The notes under the pieces were generated by a model. That model made no database searches. It was not told the DNA's origin and saw only the letters and a list, made by a program, of their open reading frames with translations. DNA of 62,647 nucleotides, counting the filler, from Neophaeotheca triangularis (lineage: Eukaryota), in NCBI GenBank assembly GCA_054600435.1. It is 4 parts of 4 records of this genome, joined end to end, with 100 filler letters (N's around TTAATTAATTAA, not from the genome) between each part and the next. Parts side by side here need not be neighbours in the genome. Positions count along the whole stretch, not along the records: positions 33,891 to 48,619 come from BAAIJX010000121.1; 3 more parts are not named here. The stretch is one strand, 5' to 3'. The translations under genes were made by a program, and so were the position numbers. Shown here in pieces: positions 35,109 through 47,200 of this stretch. Numbering within the stretch: the first letter of the stretch is position 1; each line of letters starts with the position of its first letter.

Positions 35109-36870
35109 TCACCCACTCTTCACCTTGCCCTCCACCCACGTCCCCTCCAACGCAGCCTCACCCACATCCAAAACCAACCCACCCACGGCCTCAGCGAAAG
35201 CAACGACAGGCTCCACCCCCGGCCTCTGAACCACCCACTCCCAAAGCCTCAGAACCGCAACTAGCACCAACAAAAACAACCTCAGCAGCCAATCCGCCCA
35301 GCCCAACTCCGGCCGATGCCCTCTCGACTCCCTCGCATCGACAAACTCCCAAGGAACTTTCGCGGCTAGCTGATCGATAGCGACGCGTAACCCGGAGCTG
35401 AAACCGTCTTCATGGAAGCCATAGCTCGTCCAGGCGCCTGCGTAGCTGACAGCGCGTTTGCCTTGGATGGAGGGTAAGCGGTTTTGGGCGCGGACTGCGG
35501 CGACGGTGTAGAGCGGGTGACGGTAGGTGTAGGTTCCTTGAGTGAGCGAGGGGGAAGGCGGGTGTGGGGGGTTGAGGGTGACGAGGACGTCTGAGTAGCT
35601 GGACGTGGGGAGGTGTTGGAGGGTGTTCATGTTGTAGGTTAGGCTTACGCCTGTCTGAGGGGGGGACGAGTGAGGCGACTTTGGGGTTGGTGACATTTGG
35701 TTTGGAGTTGTCGTTAGGTAGTTCCAGGCTGTCCAGACTGCGCGGCGCTTGGGCATCAGGGAGAGGTCGGAGTGCATGTAGGCGGTGTTGGGGGTTGTGC
35801 GGAAGGCGGTGAAGATTTCCGTTTCTTCGCGGGAGATGGAGGTTGTAGCGCTGGGGTTGTGGGTCGAGGTGCGGTCGTAGTGGCCCTTTTCGTGGCTCAC
35901 GAGTAAGGGGAGGATCTCATCTCCATGGCAGGCTAGGATTGCGTGGACGAATTCTTCGGTCTCGGTACGGTTCGAAGTGGCATTTTTCCAGGTTACGGAC
36001 ACAGGATCTTCGCTTCCTTCTGCTGGGCGGATGATATTGCCGACTTCGCTATTGGTGTGGATGTGCAGGCGATCTTGCGGGAAGCTCTTGATGATGGCAT
36101 CAATATAGCGCTGCGAGCCTCCTGGAATCGTGAGCCAAGGAGGGCGTACTGCGATTGTGGAGAGTAGATGATGGTTCCACATGAAGCGCACGAGAGTTTG
36201 CGCGGGAAAGTCAAGACTCGCCTTGTCTGGGCTGGTACTCCAAACTGCTGCAGTCATGGGGATGAGGTAGTCGTCCCGGAAACTGGACGAGTAGCCTTCA
36301 CGCTCGAGGTACTCGCCAATGGTCAGATCGCGGACGTCCTTCCGCCACTGAGTCGAGGAACCTAGTCGGCCATCATCGGAGTCTGCAGAGAGCAAGTCGA
36401 GAGCGAATTGGTTGAAGCGGATGATGTCGAAGATCATGCGCCAGTGTCGTGGTCGGAAGAGATTGCGGCGTTGGGCGAAGATGCCTTTGCCCGATCCACT
36501 CCATTCGAAAGCGCCTCCATCACGGGACACGCCAAAAGTCATCTCAGTCTCGATCGTGTCGACGCCGACGTCTTTGAGAAAGCGGAGGAAGTTTGCTATT
36601 ATTGTCAGTCAACGGCGCCGTCTATTCAAGCGCGCTGGCTGGGTAGACCTCACGGTAGGTGGCAGTGTTCATGACGATAAAGCCAGTATCGACGGGCGTC
36701 TCCTTGCCCTGATGTCGCCATGTCTGTGTGTTTGTATGGCCGCCTAGCTTGGAAGAGCGCTCGAAGATGTGGACGTCGTACTCGCTGTCTTTGAGAGCCC
36801 AGGCTGCACCGAGTCCGGCACAACCGCTACCGACAATGGCGACCTTTTTGCGCTGGTTCGATGGCTTCAT
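35109..36870 (-). CDS. FAD/NAD(P)-binding oxidoreductase (amine-oxidase fold, COG2907-like), C-terminal membrane anchor
   Basis: Exons 36870-36654 and 36595-35109. Rossmann motif VAIVGSGCAGLGAAWAL, LGGHTNT, PVDTGFIVMNTATYPNF, YAGAWTSYGFHEDGFSSG. Hydrophobic tail ending KVKSG. Confidence 0.88.
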
Positions 36871-37258
36871 TGTGAAAACGCTTTTGCGATCACGTGAGCG
36901 AGTTGAGTATGAAAGTACAAAAAGGTAACTTACGTCTTAAGACATAAGGGAGAGGTAAAGTACGTACGTATGTTCATGTATTGGAAGGCCTGCCTACTTT
37001 TTCTGGCATGTGATGATGCACATGTGGTCCGGACGAGCCCGCGCGGCAACTTCACCCAAAGCGGCTGAAGCCATCATCGCAGACAACTTCCTACAGAAAC
37101 AATAGTAGGCCTTGGAACGACGGCACAACTACGCAAGAGCAACAGTAGATGGTGAAAGAAATTCGTAGCAATTCAGACAGTATGTACAGACTTGGAAAAG
37201 GATTGACCCGCCTCGTAAAACTTCCACTCTCACCACCCTCTCCTTCCATAATCCCACC

Positions 37259-39471
37259 TCAACTCCCATTCTTGATATCATCCGCAATCTTCTCCGCGAG
37301 CGCATAAACCGTACTCATCGGATGACCCGGCGGCAGCAAGTTAAACGCACTGGCATCCACGACCCTCAAGCCCTGCACGCCCATGACCCTAGCCTTGGAA
37401 TCGACAACCGCAGTCGGGTCGTCAGCCGCACCCATTTTGCAAGTACAAGCCGCGTGCCAAACCGTCATCAACGTGTCTTGGTAATTCTTGAGAATCTGCG
37501 CGTCGGTTTGCACCTCGGGACCGGGAAAGTACTCGGCGCCGACGGTGGTCTGCTGCATGAAATCGGTAGCAAAAGCCTGGCGGGCGCGCTTGAAAGCCGC
37601 GACGGCGACTTCTTGGTCCGTGGGGTGGGTGAGCCAGTTGGGGTTGATCGAGGGAAGGTCGCTCGTGTCGTCCGAGACGATGCTGACGTTTCCTCGTGAT
37701 AGAGGGGCGACGATGGTGGAGAGGATGGTCGCGTACTGTCTGTAAGGCGGCAAGCCGTTGCGAGGCTGGTCGAGGAGCAGATTGCCAAAGTCTCCGATGT
37801 AGCCGGCACCGGAGACGTACTCAATGTCGGGCCAGTCTCCCGGGAAGGAGTCTAGATCTGCTCGTGCTCTGTCGGAGAGTTGTGATCGCAGGTTCGCGGG
37901 CACCTTCTCCCAGCCGAGGAAGTCGGAGACGGGGTTTGTTAGCGGTCCTCTCTTCCGGAGGTTGTAGTCGACGAATTTGGCCGCAAGGTAGACAGGGTCT
38001 GTTGCGATCCTTGTAAGTGTCTCGAGGGCGACCTGGAACGTGGGGCCGGCGAATACGTGGTCCCACATGTTTTGGCCTACGTTGGCGTTCTCGTGGACAA
38101 TATCGATACCGAGGGAGTTCAGCTGGTCCGCCGGTCCGATTCCTGATACCATGAGGAGTTGAGGCGACTGGAAAACGCCAGCGGATAACTAAGACGAATC
38201 GTTGTGGTCAGTAATGCGAATGAATCCGACAACGCATAATCACCGACGTACAATAACCTCTCTGCGAGCATTCAAGGTGAATTGACGAGTACCCGCGACT
38301 CGGACACCAGTTGCCCTTTTGTCACTATTGAAAAGGATCCTCTTTGCCGTAGTGAGCGAGAAGACCTTGAGATTTCGGCCTAGACAGGTCAGCACCTCAT
38401 GTATCAAGTTTATCAAGACGCAAATCACTTACGTCGCTGGGATTGCGCGGCATTGAGGTAGGTGACCTGCGAAGAGGCACGCCTCTGGGTGCTCGGATCG
38501 ATTGTCGATGTGCCTTGCAATCAGGTCAGCCGCAGGCTTGATGAAGCATGCGAGAGGGTGCAGCTCACAGTAAGCAGTTCCCATCAACTCGCCATCGTTG
38601 AAGCCGTTGCGTTTGGACATGCCAATAGCATTCAAACCACCTTCCATGTAGCTGGAGAAGGTCTGGGCATAGTTTGCGTAGGATACTTGGCCCGGTCCGC
38701 TGCTGTCGAAGCTGCCCGGGTTGTATTCAGCAGTTGCATTGCTTGCCCTCCTGCTGGTGTCTGGTGGCGTGAACTGCATGCCTTTCTTGTAGTACGGCAA
38801 CATGTTCTCGAAAGTGTAGCTCTGGTCGTTCACATCGTCGGCCCATCGCTGTAGAGAGGCCACTGTAGGACGCTGGTAAATCATGTAATTGCTGCGTTTT
38901 GGTCAGAGGTAGCACCAAACAACAATGGCGATGAGAAACGACACTGACCGAGCTGAGCTGCCCCCGAGGCATTTGCCCCGAGCGTAGGAGACTTCACGGT
39001 TCGACGCGCCGGCTTGTGGCTCGGTCACGAAGCCCCAGTCCACCAAGGGGTTAGTATCACTTGGATCGGAGCCCGAAAAGATGACATCGCCGGCGGGAGT
39101 GGAAGAAAGAGCTGGGTTGGTGACTTGATAAAACGAGCCTGCTTCAACGAGCGCGACGCTCACACTTGGGTCTTCGGACAGTCTGTACGCCAGTGGGATA
39201 CCTGGAGAGAACCTTGGTTATTTATACGATGCGGTTCAGTGTGTGGGAAGGTTTCGTTACCCGCGTTGCCTGCGCCCACTATCACGTAGTCAAACGTTTG
39301 ATCTCTTGCAACAATGCCCGATGCGAGACTTCCCAAGGTTCCCAAGGCATCTCCGATTATTGACCCGATAGAGCCAAAGAGTTGACGACGCTCGTTCCCG
39401 GTGGGTTCACTGGGAAGAGACGTGACCAAGCCCAGGCAGGCGGAAGCCGTCAGAAGCGATTTCACGGACAT
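37259..39471 (-). CDS. secreted GMC (AA3) oxidoreductase, versicolorin B synthase/PatE-like
   Basis: Six exons: 39471-39261, 39201-38949, 38891-38569, 38513-38433, 38379-38252, 38188-37259. Signal peptide, FDYVIVGAGNAG, RGKCLGGSSARNYMIYQR, SAGVFQSPQLLMVSGIGP, WHAACTCKMG, LRVVDAS, GHP. Confidence 0.92.
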
Positions 39472-41265
39472 GAAGACTAACTGCAAGGCAAGAGAAGAAA
39501 GCGATTAAGATGATCCGGATTGTACGACAGAATAACGCACACTTAGGTTGCCAGTGTCGAACGGCCATGTCAAATGGGCAAGCAGGACTTCTTTTATAAT
39601 CGCGACGGCCGTGACAAGAGTTCGCTGGCCTAGTCGATTGGCAATATTATTGAAGTCTAAAGAGACCAACTTCTGCTTGTTTCAGGTGCGAGCTATTGAT
39701 GTATAACGTGAGCGATACTTTTACCAAGAAGCAGATGGCTAGGACTTGCCACCGATACCTCAATTAACTGCATCACCTGGCATTGTTGTAGTGAAGCAAG
39801 AGAACTCTCTCTCCACTGGTTGACTCATGCGTCGTTTCAGGCGAGCGGTACTCGATACTGATCGACTGATCTTCATTCCGGATTGTCACGACTTGGGTGG
39901 AAAACGGGATCGTCATCTCAATGGTTAATCGAACGTATCCTAGACTGAAGGCGCCATCTTAAATCCCCAGGGGTTACTCCAAGGAAGCAAAAAGTGCCTC
40001 TCTTCATCCCTTACCTTCTTGGGACGCCACCTCCCTGCGGCATCTCGAGTGTTGCCCGTCTTCGATTCATCAGTGACTTGCAGAGTCTGGATTCTAGACC
40101 CCTGGAGAAAGACCCAAAGGAGGAAAGCAAAGAGAAGACGGGAGACGGGAGCGAGTCCGATACGACTCTCGGCATAGCAAAGTGCAGCTCTCTCTCTCTC
40201 GTCTGCCACTTCTCGTCGCTTGGTATGGAACGAATCCGGCCAGAGGAGGCGGGCGTGACGCATTGATCATGTGCTAGTTTCGACACCTAGCATCGCTGGC
40301 AAACCGTGTTGCCAGGCTCATCCTATGCAAACATGAAGCCAGTCTTGCGCCTTCTTCGTCCGGCGGATACGACTGACAATGACGAGTTGACAAAGTTTTA
40401 GTAAAGTCGGGAGCGTGAAGTAGACGGTAGGAAGTCCCTGTTTCATGTAGTACCTAGGTACATAGTAGTACCTTAGGTAGTAGGTTGTCAAGGTTACTTG
40501 GAAGCTATGGCGAACGTCTTCTAGAACACGTGGACGAAACTCGAGCACGTATCTCTTTCACGTGACGCTGGAGCCTCCATTAACTTCCGAATGAAGTTCA
40601 TCAACTTCCAGTCATCTGAACAACCTCGAGGCTCGCCCGGCCTCTCTCTAGCTATCATCAATGCTGCCGGAGAGCTACCAAACGTAGCGAGCACGATGTC
40701 CACAAGGGCAAGCGATTGTACCACGCCCACGTGCACGCTTTATCTGCATTTGATGCGATGGCGCGAGAGTGAAACGAGTGATGAGGAGTGAGTTCTGCGC
40801 GGACCAAGAGGGATGCCTGAGGCACAGATAGACACATTAGGGTCACGTGCCAAGTCACATGCACTGCCCCGGTGGATGATGGTGGTGTACTGGCAACGCC
40901 CATAGAAAAAGCAATTCAGGTTGCAAGTGTATGATGAGATTAGAAAGCGGAAAAGTTGTTCTTTCGATGGTTTCATGTCCAAGGAAGTGAAGCGGCAAAA
41001 GCGGGACCGCCACGTGATATGCAACCTCACCTTCCCGAGCTCCAGCCAGGATCTGGGGGGCCTGGGCGCTCATTACTCAAACGTCATCTCCTCTAGATAG
41101 TAAATACACAAACTTGGTCACTTTCAACAGTAGTAAACCGCAATTCCTCCATCAAACACACGGCCGAGTGTCGCAGCCAGAGCATCACCCAATAGCCCAA
41201 CAGCCCAACTCCCCGGGTCCAAAACTACCACCCCAACCCACAACCTCTTCAAGTTTCAATCCACA

Positions 41266-42075
41266 ATGTCCGACCAAGCGACCGACCTCTTCATAAACTA
41301 CGAAGCCGAACTCCGCCTGCTACAAGCCGACTTGACGCAAAAGCTCGAAACCCTACCCACCCTAAGCGGCGAACCGCGCAAAGCCGCACTAGCAGCGGCC
41401 TCGCGCTCGCTCGAAGAAGCGCACGAACTGCTCGACAGCCTCCGGCTGGAAAAGCAAAACATCCCACAACCGGCGAAACCGAAAATCAACGCGCGCTTCC
41501 GGAACCACGAAAGCGACGTGGACGGGCTGGAGCGGAAACTCAAGAGCTTGCAAGACGACCGGGCGGCGCTGTTCGGGGGCAGGTATCGGGATGAAGAGAG
41601 CGCGAGCGGCGGCGACGAGCAGTTGGCGCAGCGGCAGCAGTTGCTCAGCGGGACGGATCGGTTGGATCGCAGCACGGGCCGGTTGAGGGAGAGTCAGCGC
41701 GTTGCGCTCGAGACGGAGGATATTGGCCGCAATACGCTGGCGGATTTGAGCAGGCAGAGGGAGACGATTGAGCATACCCGGGGCACGCTGTTGGAGAGTG
41801 AGGGGTATACGGATCGGAGCAATAAGACTTTACGCGGGATGGCTAGACGGTGGGTTCCTTCTTTTTGGTAGTTGTGGGAATGGCCTGACTTTGGGATGTC
41901 TCTGCTGCACCGCTAAAGGGGATGGTGGTGTCGGTGACGTTTTCTTGATTGAACGGTTTTGCTGACTTTTTTCATCCATGATTGCAGGATGGCTACGAAC
42001 AAGATCGTCACGATTGCGATCATTACCGTCTTGGTGGTGCTGATTGTCGCCGTCATCGTGAGCAAGTTCAGATGA
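41266..42075 (+). CDS. VTI1: vesicle transport v-SNARE Vti1
   Basis: Exons 41266-41849 and 41988-42075. Habc domain (LFINYEAEL..GEPRKA), SNARE motif (QRQQLLSGTDRL..ETEDIG..LSRQRE), C-terminal TM IVTIAIITVLVVLIVAVIV. Confidence 0.95.
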
Positions 42076-42544
42076 GAGGCGCCGGGATATGGCAATAGGC
42101 GCATGGGGTATTGGCGTTAGAAGGAGCCGCGTGTAGGAGAGCAGGCGTATTAATGTAGAACTAATATCCCCGGGTGCAGAAAACATGGAAGCACTCGTGG
42201 GGCTCAATTCGAAGCCTCTTTTCTTTCGCTGCTTGTTTGGCTCTCCTCGTTGAGCGCAAAAGAGGGCAAAAAGATTGTGTCGCCAGAGTGCTACCTCTTT
42301 TTCTTTGAGAACATGCGACAACCACGTGTCAGCAAATCACAAATACACTCATTTCAACATTTGCCAAGGGCAGTGAGTAGTGGAGCCCACCCATATAACC
42401 AGCCATTTCAGACACATGAGACAAGTACGACTCTCAAAAGAAGCCTGCCTGGGTAAGGAATCATCACAATCTCACAACCAAGAAGCCCACACTCTAGTAC
42501 CCATACCCAGTCCCTAAGATAGACACACCACAACTCCCACTCCC

Positions 42545-43528
42545 TCAAGCCCACTTCGCAACAAACTCCAAAACCGCCCCCTCAACTTCGTCAGGATGAC
42601 TAAAACTCAAAAAGTGCTCCCCACCCTCCACGACCCTTACCTCCCTCTCCGGCGCCTGAGCAAAAAGCCCAATCTCCTCCTTAGCATTCGCAACCGAATA
42701 GACCCTATCCTGCGTCCCATGCAGCCAAAGCACGGGACATTGGACATCCCAGCACCTCGCATGCAAGCCATCGCGGTCGCGGAGGTTGATAGCGGCCATG
42801 CGGATGCGGCGCCTGCCCGAGTCGCCGGCGTAGTTGGAGCGGATTTTGCGGACCCAGAAATCACGGGTTGGTTGCGGGCAGGACGGGCCGAAACCAGTGT
42901 CGATGAGGAAGTTGGCGTAGTCGGTTGAGGGCGCGAAGTCCGGGGTAGCGGAGGCGGTTGTCCAGGATTGGATGTTGGGGGTTAGGAGCGTCGGGGCGTC
43001 CCAGCAGGAGAGTGAGCGGGTTCGTGGGGTTTCGGCGTCCATGGAGGTGCCGAGGGGGATGATGCCGGCGACCTTTTGGGGAAGGAGGTTGGTTGGTCGG
43101 GGAGGTTTGAGACGGTCTTAATGGGGCAAAACTGGGGCAAAACTTACGATTTCTGGCGCCAGTACAGCCATGCGTACGGTGACCCAGCCACCTTGGCTGG
43201 TTCCTAGGACGAAAATTTTGCCCTCGCCCCTTTTACCCAGACCGAGCGCTTCGAGGACTTGCAGGTTCATGATTGCCGTGTCCCAATAGGTGAAGTTTTC
43301 GCTCTTAGTACGCGTTTGGCCATGACCGAGCAGCTCGATGGCCAGGAGGTTGAGTTTGCTGGTGAGGTCTTTGTTGGCAAATTGGGCGCCGTACAGGTCG
43401 CTGTCGGTTGTGAAGGAGTTTACGAGTACGAGAGTCGGTTTGGAAGGGTCGGGGGTCTCGTTGTTGGGGGTTGCGTAGGATGCGGTTGTGCCGCCTAGAT
43501 GCGGGACCTGTATGGTTTGGGTGGGCAT
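42545..43528 (-). CDS. alpha/beta hydrolase
   Basis: Exons 43528-43148 and 43072-42545 (GTAAGT..AAG). ELLGHGQT, nucleophile elbow GTSQGG, PVLWLHGTQD, GGEH. Confidence 0.9.
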
Positions 43529-43976
43529 TTTGAAGAGTTCTTGAGGGTAAGGGAAGAATCTGAGGGTCTGATGGAGCAACTCCCGTCAATGCTAGGTACC
43601 TACCTACCTTGTACTACGCATGCTCCCTTTTCCCAGCGATCGGATGAGTATTCCATGACAACCTGGAGTGACCTCAAGTGGGGTCAAGGCGGGAGATGCG
43701 CGCAGCTGCGGGGCAAAGGGAGGAAGCCACTTACTTATAAACATGTAGGTAACTATCAAGACTTCTTGCTCCTTGAGACGGAGACGAGGAAAGGCAACAG
43801 ACTGCAGCATCTAGCTTACACCAACAGTCGCCTCTTCCTGCATACACCACTAATCGAGGCCGAATCAGGATCTTAGGTAAAGGATCACAGGGTTAAGTTA
43901 GCAGTCTCTCTCTACCTTAGGGTCAGAGTTTGTGTTCTCCTTTCCCTGGCGAAGAGGCACCTGAGACCACACCAAC

Positions 43977-45257
43977 ATGAACGGAATTGAGCAGACTCCT
44001 CTCAATGCGACCGAAAATGCAGTACCCAAAAGAATCAACGGTATCAACCAAGCCAGTCCCCCCAAATTACCAACCTACGAAATCCACGCTACAGGCCTCA
44101 ACGCCCACAACCAACTCCCCCGCTGCCCGGATGCCAAAGACCACACCAGCACCCAGGGAAAAGACCTCCATACTCCATTTCTACAAATAAAACACCACAG
44201 CCAGCAACCAATCCAAGTCCTCTCAACCTGGAGCAGCACGCACTTCATCCTCGACAACCACCTCCATAGCTCCGGGACGGGCTACGAAACCACCACCACC
44301 ACAGCCATCCCAACAACACCAGAACCAAAAACCGCAGCAACCCCCTCTCCAGCTCCAATCCCCATAGGCGACCACAACGGCCTCCTAGCCCTACTCTCCC
44401 CAACCGGGACCCTCCACCTCAGCACCCCTCACTGCCCCACCCCATCAGCACCCCGAACCCACCTGCCCGCCTTTCATCCCTCACGCAACCCCAGCCCGCC
44501 ACCCCTCCAATCCCTCGCCCTAGCCACCAACAACACCCTCGCCCTCACTTTCCGCCAATCCCCCAACGCCGGTCTAAGCCACATAACCACTTTCCCCGCC
44601 TTCCCCGCCTTTCGCGCCTGGTATGAAGACCCCGCGAACCCTGACTACAAGCCCGAAGCGCACTTTATGCTGCCCGGGCACGTGGTGAAGCTCGCAGCGG
44701 GCGCGGGAGTCTTTTTGGCGTTGATGGATGATGGCGGCGTGTACAGTTGGGGGGACGCGAGGTATTTGAGTCTAGGGCGGGGAATTGGCGATGGAGCGTC
44801 GGCGGAGAGGCCTGGGGTTGTGGAGGCGTTGGGGGGGTTGCGAATTGTGGATGTTGGGGTTGGGGGTTGGGTTTGCGGGGGTTTGAGTGAGGATGGGGTT
44901 TTGTATTTGTGGGGCTTGGGGGTGATGCCTGGTGGCGGAGGAGGTGGCGGAAGGGGGATCAGGTGTTTGAGGGAAGCGGGAGAGGAGGAGGTTGTTGTCG
45001 CCGAGATTCTTGCCGAAGAGATAGGGGAGGTTTTGGATGTTGTGGGGTTTGGGGTTGGGGAGGGGTTTGTGGTTGTTGTTACCGAGGGGGGAGGGGTATG
45101 GGGGGTCGGCGAGAATGGGAATGGACAGTTGGGGCTTGGGGAGGGAGGGGAGGCGTTTGTAGAGGATTGGACGCAGATGCAGGGGGTGCCTGAGGGGGTT
45201 GTCGGGGTGACTTGTGGGCCGAAAGCGACGTTTTTGCATTGTAAGAGGGAGGGTTAA
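43977..45257 (+). CDS. RCC1/BLIP-II repeat protein (Ats1/Saf1-like)
   Basis: 426-aa ORF. GLNAHNQL, GGVYSWGD..LGRG, GVLYLWG, VWGVGENGNGQLGLG repeats. Confidence 0.85.
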   Translation: MNGIEQTPLNATENAVPKRINGINQASPPKLPTYEIHATGLNAHNQLPRCPDAKDHTSTQGKDLHTPFLQIKHHSQQPIQVLSTWSSTHFILDNHLHSSGTGYETTTTTAIPTTPEPKTAATPSPAPIPIGDHNGLLALLSPTGTLHLSTPHCPTPSAPRTHLPAFHPSRNPSPPPLQSLALATNNTLALTFRQSPNAGLSHITTFPAFPAFRAWYEDPANPDYKPEAHFMLPGHVVKLAAGAGVFLALMDDGGVYSWGDARYLSLGRGIGDGASAERPGVVEALGGLRIVDVGVGGWVCGGLSEDGVLYLWGLGVMPGGGGGGGRGIRCLREAGEEEVVVAEILAEEIGEVLDVVGFGVGEGFVVVVTEGGGVWGVGENGNGQLGLGEGGEAFVEDWTQMQGVPEGVVGVTCGPKATFLHCKREG

Positions 45258-46321
45258 GGTCATGTCGCGATTTTGGATAGATGTTAGAGCTTGAAATTGC
45301 TGGTGAAAGCCGTCAGAGTAGAGTAGTGGCTTATCGTTTGATAGAGACCCAAGCTCAAATGTTCTGAAAAGAACAGATCACTCAACATCCATCCGAGCCA
45401 GAATATTCGGGCACAAGTTCCTTTACAGCCGTTCCCCAGAACCATGCCAGGGCACGGTATTCGCATGATACACAATACCGCAAACCGCCGACTCGCGACG
45501 ATACTCCGCCAGAAACATCCCGCCGGAGACAGTCTCTCTCAATCTAGTTTCCACAGATACCGGAGTAATGGCTCATTCGCGGCGAGCTGACAGGTGCTAC
45601 CCTGTTCCCGACAATGGCTCTCGCATGTACGAGCCAGGGATTAGAGCTTCTCGCGCATAGCACCCTGGTCTCAAAGAGTTAGAAAGGTCGTAGCATGGGC
45701 TAAAAGCGCCGGAGAAGACCTGAACGACAGCACTGCAGCTGTTGGCAGTCGTGATTCGAGATGCTTGGTAAGTTGCTGTCGAGACTGGCTTTGAATTGAG
45801 GGTGGTGCGGTGGGTGTGGTTCAGTGGTTGAGTACTCTTGTTTTCGTCTTCGACCAAGTGGTATCGCGTCAGCTGTGGGCTGATGGTGACTGGGTGTCAA
45901 TCAAGCTCCTTGATGGTGTTGTGGATAACAAGTCTTGTAGCTAGTAGGGACCGGTGCACAGCGCAATGCCCGTGCTGGCGTGCTCTTAAGGGACATTGCG
46001 TTGAGTTGACGCGTGGTGTTTGAGCGGGGAGCGATCCAGGGTTCTCACTCCTTGTGTCTTCTTCTTCTTCTCTTCATGGTGAAGGTAGTTGAATGGCATA
46101 GATCTTCCTTCTGCCGGGAGAACCGGTAAGAGGCCCCAAGGCCACGTCCGATGCACGCCTCCCACCCACCCCCAGCGCGAGTGACCGTGGGGAGTATCAA
46201 TATGACATCCCAGGCTATAGCGACAGCGCGACGCCAACTCACATGCCTCAGCAAAGTAGACACAGAGACATGCCTCCCCCTCGTTCTCACAAGACCCAAA
46301 CACCCTACCAACTCAAAAATC

Positions 46322-47200
46322 TCAGTTGGCCAACCTCAAAAATCCAAACGTAAGATTAACCAAAAATCCACTCAGCACGGCCACCCTCCTTCTCTGACTC
46401 CAAACCCCCTCTTCCCTGGACAACCAACAAACCGCCGCCACGGGCCAGAAAAACCCGGCCAGATTCCCGTAAAGCATGTCCTCCAACGCGCCACTGTCTT
46501 CGGCCCCGAAACCACCTGAATCCTGCTGACCGCCGGGAGAATTCGATTGTCCGTTGTCCAGCCAGCGCTCCTCTAGGTCTAGGAGTTCTGAACCTCGCGG
46601 CATGGTGTCGGGGGTGTGGGAGTGGGATTGGATTGCGAGGAATTGGGAGCGAAGTTGCGAGACTTCGGCGGGGGTGAAGCCGGTGGAGAGGAGGCGGTCA
46701 AAACCGCGGGGGGCGGGGGTGGTGGTTGTAGTGGAGGCGGCATTGGGGGCCTCGTCGGGGGAAGGATGGGTCTGCGAGGAGGTTGAGAGGAGCGCGGTGT
46801 CGGCGGTCTTGGATGTTTCCTGCTCGGTCGCGAGATCCGAGGCGGAGAGGGTGTCGCCGATGCTGCAGTGGAGGTAGAGGCGCGGAGCGGGGTCGCGCAG
46901 GGGAAGTTTGCCTGCCGTTTTGCTCGGGGGGTTAGAAGAAGGGGGTGGGGGTGGTTTGGCTGCGGCACCAAGGCTTTGGGAGAGGGAGACGGTATCTTGG
47001 AGGACGCGGCCGGAGTGGATGAGGCGGAGACGGCTTTTGGAGGCTGAAGGGGGGAGTTGGGCGCGGATTTGTTGTTTTAGGGTAGCGAGGGAGGTAGTGG
47101 AGAGGTTGTCTTGGGTAAGTTCCTGGTCGGGAATGGAAGTAGAGAAGCGGATGATCAGGTGGAGTTTGGGGGAGCCGGATTGGGGCGTGTCTGAAGACAT
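46322..47200 (-). CDS. DSC3: DSC E3 ubiquitin ligase complex subunit 3 (DUF2407)
   Basis: Ubiquitin-like N-terminus (IRFSTSIPD..RLRLIHSGRVL..YLHCSIGD), PRGFDRLLSTGF..EVSQLRSQF, LEERWLDN, GFFWP and a TM tail. Confidence 0.9.
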   Translation of the reverse strand: MSSDTPQSGSPKLHLIIRFSTSIPDQELTQDNLSTTSLATLKQQIRAQLPPSASKSRLRLIHSGRVLQDTVSLSQSLGAAAKPPPPPSSNPPSKTAGKLPLRDPAPRLYLHCSIGDTLSASDLATEQETSKTADTALLSTSSQTHPSPDEAPNAASTTTTTPAPRGFDRLLSTGFTPAEVSQLRSQFLAIQSHSHTPDTMPRGSELLDLEERWLDNGQSNSPGGQQDSGGFGAEDSGALEDMLYGNLAGFFWPVAAVCWLSREEGVWSQRRRVAVLSGFLVNLTFGFLRLAN

